DNA of 63,068 nucleotides from Selenomonas sp. GTDB lineage: Bacteria > Bacillota > Negativicutes > Selenomonadales > Selenomonadaceae. A model generated the notes under the pieces. The model did not search any database. It saw nothing but the letters and a program-made list of their open reading frames with translations, and was not told where the DNA came from. The translations under genes were made by a program, and so were the position numbers. The DNA is taken from NCBI RefSeq assembly GCF_015265235.1, contig NZ_JABZYJ010000001.1. One strand, 5' to 3'. Position 1 is the stretch's first letter, and the number at the start of each line of letters is the position of its first letter. Of this stretch, positions 59,440-63,068 are shown in pieces.

Positions 59440-60347
59440 ATGAAGCATTCATTCATTCCTGTTATCAGGAGTTTGAACAGACAAGGCTCTTTGAAAACGC
59501 TCCCATGCGCTTCCATACAACGTTTCGCATCGGCGGACCTGCGGATCTTTTGTTCTATCCGCATAACACAGAAGAAGTGCGTGCGATCATACAGAAAGCA
59601 AAAAATGATGATATTCCCGTCACCATTCTTGGAAATGGGTCAAATCTGCTGATCCGAGATGGTGGGATACGAGGGCTGGTGATTCGTTTCAGCCGTCAGA
59701 TGTCTGCCATCACGCAGGAGGGGACAACGCTTATTGTCGGCGCAGGAGCTCTTCTGAAAGATATTGCATCATTTGCGCAAAAGAAGGGGCTCTCAGGCCT
59801 AGAGTTCGCTTGTGGGATACCGGGAAGCATCGGTGGAGCCATCTTTATGAATGCAGGCGCCTATGACGGTGAAGTAAAATCTGTCGTCACGGCAGTCAAA
59901 ACCATTTCACCCGATGGAGAGATACGTCTGTATTCTGCGGATGAGTTGGATTTCGGCTATCGCCACAGTGTTTTTCATACGAATAACGAGGCAATTTGTG
60001 AAGCCCATCTGTGCCTTCGCACGGATGATCCGTCGTCTATCTTGGAGAGAATGTCTGACCTCAATCAGCGCCGTGAAAGCAAACAGCCGCTTTCCTATCC
60101 CAGCGCCGGCAGTACGTTCAAGCGACCACCCGGATATTTTGCCGGCACTCTGATTGACCAGACAGGCCTTAAGGGACTTACATACGGGGGCGCACAGGTC
60201 TCACAGAAACATGCCGGTTTTATTATCAATATCGGCGGTGCGACAGCGCGTGATGTACAGCAGCTCATACACTCTGTACAGAATCGTGTATATGCTAAGC
60301 ATAACGTAAGACTGTTTCCGGAGCTTCGTATCATTGGAGAACCATAA
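59436..60347 (+). CDS. murB: UDP-N-acetylenolpyruvoylglucosamine reductase
   Basis: HTTFRIGGPA, G.GSNLL, GIPGSIGGA..MNAGAY, PSAGS.FK.P, KHA.FI.N; ATGA overlap with trmL. Confidence 0.97.
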   Translation: MNEAFIHSCYQEFEQTRLFENAPMRFHTTFRIGGPADLLFYPHNTEEVRAIIQKAKNDDIPVTILGNGSNLLIRDGGIRGLVIRFSRQMSAITQEGTTLIVGAGALLKDIASFAQKKGLSGLEFACGIPGSIGGAIFMNAGAYDGEVKSVVTAVKTISPDGEIRLYSADELDFGYRHSVFHTNNEAICEAHLCLRTDDPSSILERMSDLNQRRESKQPLSYPSAGSTFKRPPGYFAGTLIDQTGLKGLTYGGAQVSQKHAGFIINIGGATARDVQQLIHSVQNRVYAKHNVRLFPELRIIGEP

Positions 60348-60363
60348 GGAGAACGTTTCCCCC

Positions 60364-61323
60364 ATGGAAACATACCATCAGCTGGTTGATTTTGCGTCAA
60401 AATACAAAAATATCGTCGTTGCACTTGGCATGTTTGACGGGGTGCATATTGGACACCAAAAGATCATCCGCACAGCAGTCGAACAGGCAAGAAGTATTCA
60501 TGGCGCTGCATTTGTTTTTTCCTTTACGAATCACCCGCGGGCCATCGTTGATTCCTTGGGGGCCCCACGCCGCATCAGCAGCGAACAGGTAAGTCTGCGG
60601 ATTCTGCGAAATTTGGGTGTCGATGTCTTGGTTGAAATTCCTTTCACACATGATTTTGCTGACACGTCGCCCGAGGAATTTATTCACCTTCTGTACCGCC
60701 ATTTTTCACCGCGGTACATTGTTGTCGGTGAAAACTATACGTTTGGAAAAAAAGGCGTAGGAACACCACAGCTCCTACACGATATGGGAAAACGGCATGC
60801 CATAGAGACCATTGTGTGCTCATCCGTTTTGTACGATGGGGAACCAATCAGCAGTACGCGCATTCGGACCTATATCGAACAGGGGGATATAACGCACGTA
60901 AATGAGCTTCTTGGATACCCTTTTACGATGATTGGGACGGTAATACACGGGCAGGCGCGTGGACGGCTGCTTGGCTTCCCCACGGCCAATATTGCACTCC
61001 GCGAATCCTATGAGATCCTGCCGAACGGCGTATACGCGGTAACAGTTTTATACCATCACCGTATCCATTCAGCTGTTGCCAATATAGGAAATAATCCAAC
61101 GTTTGGGCTATGCGATCGGCGGATGGAAGTGCACATTATGGACTTTGACGGAGATCTATACGGAAAGAAGATCCTTGTATCGTTTCATAAAAGGATACGG
61201 AGTGAGAAGCGATTTGATTCCGTTGAGGCGCTCATTTTACAAATTAAATCTGATAAAGAATGCGCAGAACGTGCACTGCAGGAAACTTTTCATTTACAAG
61301 AAAAAATTTCTATGGTAATATGA
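60364..61323 (+). CDS. ribF: Bifunctional riboflavin kinase/FAD synthetase
   Basis: G.FDGVH.GHQ, ISSTRIR, G..RGR.LGFPTAN, G.NPTF, EVH..DF..D.YG; ATG 60364. Confidence 0.96.
   Translation: METYHQLVDFASKYKNIVVALGMFDGVHIGHQKIIRTAVEQARSIHGAAFVFSFTNHPRAIVDSLGAPRRISSEQVSLRILRNLGVDVLVEIPFTHDFADTSPEEFIHLLYRHFSPRYIVVGENYTFGKKGVGTPQLLHDMGKRHAIETIVCSSVLYDGEPISSTRIRTYIEQGDITHVNELLGYPFTMIGTVIHGQARGRLLGFPTANIALRESYEILPNGVYAVTVLYHHRIHSAVANIGNNPTFGLCDRRMEVHIMDFDGDLYGKKILVSFHKRIRSEKRFDSVEALILQIKSDKECAERALQETFHLQEKISMVI
61293..61321 (+). promoter_or_regulatory. Putative rpsO promoter inside the ribF 3' end
   Basis: TTTACA-17 bp-TAATAT with TG extended -10. Confidence 0.55.
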
Positions 61324-61338
61324 ACAACGCAGTTGCAT

Positions 61339-61383
61339 CCATGACTCAGATAGCGAGTAATCCGACGTTTTCTTGGTCATTGG
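61339..61383 (+). promoter_or_regulatory. S15 (rpsO) autoregulatory leader
   Basis: CCATGAC...GTCATTGG stem enclosing AGATAGCG...CCGACGTTTTCT; position and shape typical of Firmicute rpsO leaders. Confidence 0.6.
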
Positions 61384-61410
61384 CTATTTATTTTATGAGG
61401 AGGATTTTTT

Positions 61411-61677
61411 ATGATCACACAGGAACAGAAGCAGGACATTATCAAGAAATATGCAGTGCACGAGGGTGATACGGGCTCTCCTGAAGTACAGATTGCTGTT
61501 TTAACTGCCCGCATTCAGTATCTCACTGAGCATCTGAAAGAGCATAAGAAGGATCATCATTCACGCCGTGGTCTGCTGAAGATGGTCGGACATCGTCGCC
61601 GCCTTCTCGGATATCTCTATCAGACGGATATTGAGCGGTATCGTTCCATCATCACGAAACTTAATCTTCGCAAGTAA
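61411..61677 (+). CDS. rpsO: 30S ribosomal protein S15
   Basis: [32 protein letters not shown]. Confidence 0.99.
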   Translation: MITQEQKQDIIKKYAVHEGDTGSPEVQIAVLTARIQYLTEHLKEHKKDHHSRRGLLKMVGHRRRLLGYLYQTDIERYRSIITKLNLRK

Positions 61678-61698
61678 CTTCTTAGCGGAGCAAAACAC

Positions 61699-61723
61699 AG
61701 GACGGGGGTTCCCGTCCTTTTTT
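61699..61723 (+). terminator. Intrinsic terminator after rpsO
   Basis: AGGACGGG-ggtt-CCCGTCCT then TTTTT. Confidence 0.85.
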
Positions 61724-61735
61724 ATTGCGAAAACA

Positions 61736-61760
61736 AGGATTCTGCAATGTTTTGTCGAAT
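61736..61760 (+). promoter_or_regulatory. Sigma-H-like promoter upstream of pnp
   Basis: AGGA-17 nt-GAAT (AGGATT...GTCGAAT). Confidence 0.45.
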
Positions 61761-61801
61761 GCAGTAACTATACGCGTATGTGAGAATCCGAGGAGGGTAC
61801 T

Positions 61802-63068
61802 ATGCAGAGTTTCGAGATCGACCTGGGCGGACGTAAACTGACGGTCGAACATGGAAAAATGGCGAAGCAGGCAAACGGTGCTGTTTTAGTTCGATATGGT
61901 GATACGGTTGTATTAGTAACGGCCACAGCATCAAAAGCACCAAGGGAAGGCGTGGATTTCTTCCCATTAACCGTAGACTACGAAGAAAAAATGTATGCCG
62001 CAGGAAAGATTCCCGGTGGATTTATCAAGCGGGAAGGACGTCCCAGCAGCGACGCTGTCCTTTGTGCACGTTTGATTGACCGTCCCATCCGTCCACTATT
62101 TCCGGATGGATTTCGTAATGACGTACAGATTGTAGCTACGGTTCTTTCTGTGGAACAGGACAATCCTCCTGAAATCGCAGCGATGTTCGGAGCCTCCTGT
62201 GCTCTGACGGTGTCTGACATCCCCTTTATGGGGCCGATTGCCGGGGTACGTGTTGGTTATATCAATGGTGAATTTGTCATCAATCCGACAGAGGAGCAGC
62301 GTGCTGACTCTGACTTGAACTTAACCGTCGCGGGTTCATACGATGCTGTCATGATGGTGGAAGCCGGAGCAAATGAGCTGTCGGAAGAAATCGTTTTGGA
62401 TGCTATCCTTTTTGGACATGCAGAGATCCGGCGACTGGTCGAGTTCCAGCAGAACATACAACAGACCTGTGGGAAAGAGAAACAGATTCCTTCGGTATTC
62501 AAAGTATCCGAAGAACTGGAAGAAAAAGTGCGCTCCTATGCAGAAGCCCGTCTCGACACTGCAACACGAAACAGCGATAAACTTTCCCGTGATGCAGATA
62601 TTTCTGCCATCAAGGAAGAGACCATAGCCCATTTCGCTGAGGAATACCCGGATGCTGTGAAGGAAATTGCCCAGATCCTGTACCATATCGAGAAGGGAAT
62701 CGTGCGCCATATGATCACGCACGAGAAGATACGTCCGGACGGGCGTGCCTTGGATGAAGTTCGTCCGGTCAGCTGCGAAGTGGGCATTCTGCCGCGTGTC
62801 CATGGCTCAGGCCTTTTCACAAGAGGTCAGACGCAAGTGCTCACGGTAACGACATTGGGGGCTATTGGAGATGAGCAGATCATCGACGGACTTGGCCCTG
62901 AGACAACCAAACACTACCTGCATCATTATAATTTCCCAGGCTACAGTGTTGGAGAAGCACGCCCCATGCGAAGTCCCGGACGCCGTGAGATCGGTCATGG
63001 AGCGTTGGCGGAACGCGCTCTTTTCCCGATGATTCCATCGATTGAGGATTTCCCCTATACCATACGGC
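61802..63068 (+). CDS. pnp: Polyribonucleotide nucleotidyltransferase (PNPase), 3'-truncated by window end
   Basis: Absent from the ORF track (no stop); ATG 61802 after GGAGG translates [11 protein letters not shown]...AKQANG...[28 protein letters not shown]...[12 protein letters not shown]...RREIGHG; follows rpsO. Confidence 0.98.
   Translation, partial: MQSFEIDLGGRKLTVEHGKMAKQANGAVLVRYGDTVVLVTATASKAPREGVDFFPLTVDYEEKMYAAGKIPGGFIKREGRPSSDAVLCARLIDRPIRPLFPDGFRNDVQIVATVLSVEQDNPPEIAAMFGASCALTVSDIPFMGPIAGVRVGYINGEFVINPTEEQRADSDLNLTVAGSYDAVMMVEAGANELSEEIVLDAILFGHAEIRRLVEFQQNIQQTCGKEKQIPSVFKVSEELEEKVRSYAEARLDTATRNSDKLSRDADISAIKEETIAHFAEEYPDAVKEIAQILYHIEKGIVRHMITHEKIRPDGRALDEVRPVSCEVGILPRVHGSGLFTRGQTQVLTVTTLGAIGDEQIIDGLGPETTKHYLHHYNFPGYSVGEARPMRSPGRREIGHGALAERALFPMIPSIEDFPYTIR

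Noticed and set aside
1..63068. CRISPR array, IS element, prophage, toxin-antitoxin or defence system
   Set aside because: No regularly spaced direct repeats or transposase, integrase, phage or Cas-like ORFs; nearly all sequence is accounted for by housekeeping genes

Overview
Core chromosomal housekeeping region of a Negativicutes (diderm Firmicute) bacterium, most likely Selenomonas-like; this is inferred from gene content, gene order and protein style, not from a database search. Almost all genes are on the + strand. Order: 3' end of an rRNA operon (23S, 5S, tRNA-His, tRNA-Trp), an exported hypothetical protein, typA, a sepF homologue, rpsB-tsf-pyrH-frr-small ORF-uppS-cdsA-rseP-ispG-proS (dxr is absent from its usual slot), DUF512-der-plsY, hom-thrB, argCJBDFGH with tandem ARG boxes, rnj, split transketolase, HAD hydrolase, fba (-), smc-ftsY-NUDIX-S2P-scpA-scpB-U32-mutS2, PBP1A-tyrS-yebC-ruvCAB-queH-spoIID-like-queA, an Fn3-like/SGNH hydrolase (-), cobO, ilvD, trmL-murB-ribF, rpsO and a truncated pnp. 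I found no mobile element, prophage, CRISPR array or defence system. The best candidates for novelty are non-coding. (1) A ~200-nt G-U-rich structured leader with an anti-SD hairpin upstream of PBP1A-tyrS. (2) A ~220-nt multibranch leader of rnj. (3) Four 3'-end palindromes sharing an RYRCGAAG-N7/8-CTTYGTRY core. (4) A possible leaderless Leu/Ile/Val-rich uORF controlling ilvD. Also notable are the missing dxr together with an active-site Thr-to-Pro change in IspG, and several uncharacterised envelope proteins. All RNA structures were paired by eye, not computed.
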